Positions 61,801 through 64,000 of a stretch of 64,000 bases of DNA are shown piece after piece; the first letter of the stretch is position 1; every line of letters starts with the position of its first letter. The DNA is from Octopus sinensis (taxonomy: Eukaryota): assembly GCF_006345805.1 (NCBI RefSeq), contig NC_043018.1:16182001-16246000 (forward strand), written 5' to 3'. Under the pieces are notes generated by a model. It was not told the origin of the DNA. It ran no database searches and saw nothing but the letters and a program-made list of their open reading frames with translations. The translations under genes and the position numbers were made by a program.

Positions 61801-63104
61801 CATATGCACAACAACACACGCACACATACATATATGCATATATATATATATATATATATAATATATATAGATATATATATATTACAAGAGTGTGCGTGAG
61901 TGTGTGTGTTTGTATGCGCGTGTATAATGCATGTGCGTCGTGTGGGTGTTCAAATTGCTGAAATATATATGTTTACCTTTTGAAAGAATAGATATTTTCT
62001 TGCCGAATGTCATTAAACTGGATTTAAAATTGTATCGTGTAGTATTTTTTTTATTCAGCGTTGTATTTCAAGTTATGTAAAAGTTATCTTGAATATATTG
62101 TGTTTTTAAAGAATTCAATTTTCTAAAGAACAAGCCATAGTGAAATATTTTACCATAGATCAAAATTGGAACCAAGGAAAATATATTACCTAAAAGCATT
62201 TGTTTCCATTATCTTTCAAAATTTGATTACCTTTAGCGGGTTATGATCGTTGAAATTCTTAGATTCTTGATCATTTGCTAAATTCTGTTCAGAGCATCTG
62301 AATTCTTGAATTCAATATATTTTGGAAATATATAGTGTCTTTTTTTTTTCCTTTTAGTTCTTTTATTTTTCAAGAATGTGTATGGAAATGGTAGATGTAT
62401 AAGAAGCCAGATGTCGGTAGCTAAAAGAAGAAGCTGTTGTGGTGCAGATAAGGGACATTGAATGGTATTGAACAGTGGTATTTTGTGCATACAAACTTCG
62501 AACCTCACGAACGTTGATTTCATTTTTATCCTCCTGGGGACCGATGTAACAAAAACTAGAAAAGTACAGGGATATATTATATCCCTTTCAAAGTTTGACA
62601 ACAGATCAGCAATTTTGAGGGAGAGAGCAATCAATTACATCAATCCCAGAACTCTAGGCAGCAACTGACGCTCTCGTCCTGATACTTCCAGCTTGTCGGC
62701 AACCGTTGTTGCCGTCTTGCGTGTTCATTACCTAAAGAACAGTTCGTTATCCGAGATACCGTTCGTTATCCGAGATACCGTTCGTTATCCGAGGGACCGT
62801 TCGTTACGCGAGGGACCGTTCGTTACCGGACAAATTGTTCGTAAACTGATTTTTTTTCATGATGAGAGGTGTTCGTAAACAAAAATCCCATTGTATTCGT
62901 GGTTGTCTGACGGAAAAAAATTTTGGAAGCCCAAGGGTTAAGAGACAACACACAGGCAGAAAAGAGACGGAATATTGCAGGTTCATTTACGGAAATGAAA
63001 AAGTAAGGGACCAGCTTTAAGAGAAATACGGGTTGGTTAAGGATTCTGTCCTCATGTGACTGTCAGCAAATTGAGAGGTAATGGTCATCTCGGATGTAGC
63101 CTTT

Positions 63105-63470
63105 TCCATGCTGGAGCACCGCCTTTAGTCGAGCAAATCGACTCCGGGACTTATACTTTGTAAGCCCAGCACTTATTCTATCAGTCTCTTTTGCCGAACC
63201 GCTAAGTGACGGGGACGTAAACACACCAGCATCGGTTGTCAAGCAATGCTAGGGGGACAAACACAGACACAAAAACACACACACATACACACATATATAT
63301 ACATATATACGACAGGCTTCTTTCAGTTTCCGTCTACCAAATCCACTCATAAGGCATTGGTCGGCCCGGGGCTATAGCAGAAGACACTTGCCCAAGATGC
63401 CACGCAGTGGGACTGAACCCGGAACCATGTGGTTGGTTAGCAAGCTACTTACCACACAGCCACTCCTGCG

Positions 63471-63472
<2 letters not shown>
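63105..63472 (-). mobile_element. SINE family A copy
   Basis: Near-identical to 3317-3713. Confidence 0.85.
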
Positions 63473-63519
<47 letters not shown>

Positions 63520-63599
63520 GTATGTGTGTATACATATACGAATGCCTCTATAAATGTATAATTGTTTGTAAATGCGCGCGTGTGTGTATTTTTGTGTGT

Positions 63600-63631
<32 letters not shown>

Positions 63632-64000
63632 CAAAGTTTTAATTTGAGCAACCAACAAGGTGAAAGCTAAAATGATACAGAGCCGAAACATAAGATGAAT
63701 CAATAACAACAGCAAGAACCACAACCACAACAAGAACCTCAAGACTGCACATTAAAATAAAACAAGTTGAAATGAAAAGCTAACACCTGATTGGAATCAG
63801 AAATGGGCAAACAGATCCTTAGACCGACAACAATTTTAGTGTAAGTTCTCGCCAAGGTGTCAAGTTTTCATACAAAGCCCACCAATGGATTCGGGGCAAG
63901 TAAACAAGTGTAAAAATTTATGAGAAAACCGGAATAAATTGATTCCTGGAGAGTGCAGGAATCAATTTATTTTTATTAGTAGTAGTATTTATTAGTATTA

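Noticed and set aside
62742-62832. CRISPR-like direct repeats
   Set aside because: Contiguous tandem units with no spacers and no cas genes, in a eukaryotic context.

Overview
AT-rich, microsatellite- and SINE-dense eukaryotic DNA. The SINE families and repeat landscape look like coleoid cephalopod (Octopus) sequence; this is an inference. I reconstructed three protein-coding loci by hand. (1) A complete 19-coding-exon lysosomal alpha-glucosidase gene (GAA, GH31) on + (CDS 16959-39297, 897 aa; trefoil domain, WLDMNE nucleophile, HWTGDN acid/base), with a probable GC-AG intron. (2) The 3' eleven exons of a Nanchung/OCR-like TRPV channel on - (58992-42651), convergent with GAA; its 5' ankyrin exons lie in the assembly gap (59819-59918) or beyond the window. 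(3) An uncharacterised Ser/Lys-rich 349-aa ORF on - (5603-4554). Most other ORFs in the track are microsatellite or SINE artefacts. Mobile DNA includes several tRNA-type SINE families, a decayed DD37D (maT) transposase, mariner/piggyBac-type MITEs, a non-autonomous Helitron and R4/Dong-like LINE fragments in (TAA)n. The most notable unannotated signals are: at least five distinct families of minimal hammerhead-ribozyme motifs (Penelope-like), often as inverted pairs; near-identical inverted SINE arrays bracketing the TRPV pore/S6 exons; and a duplicated in-frame splice acceptor in TRPV.
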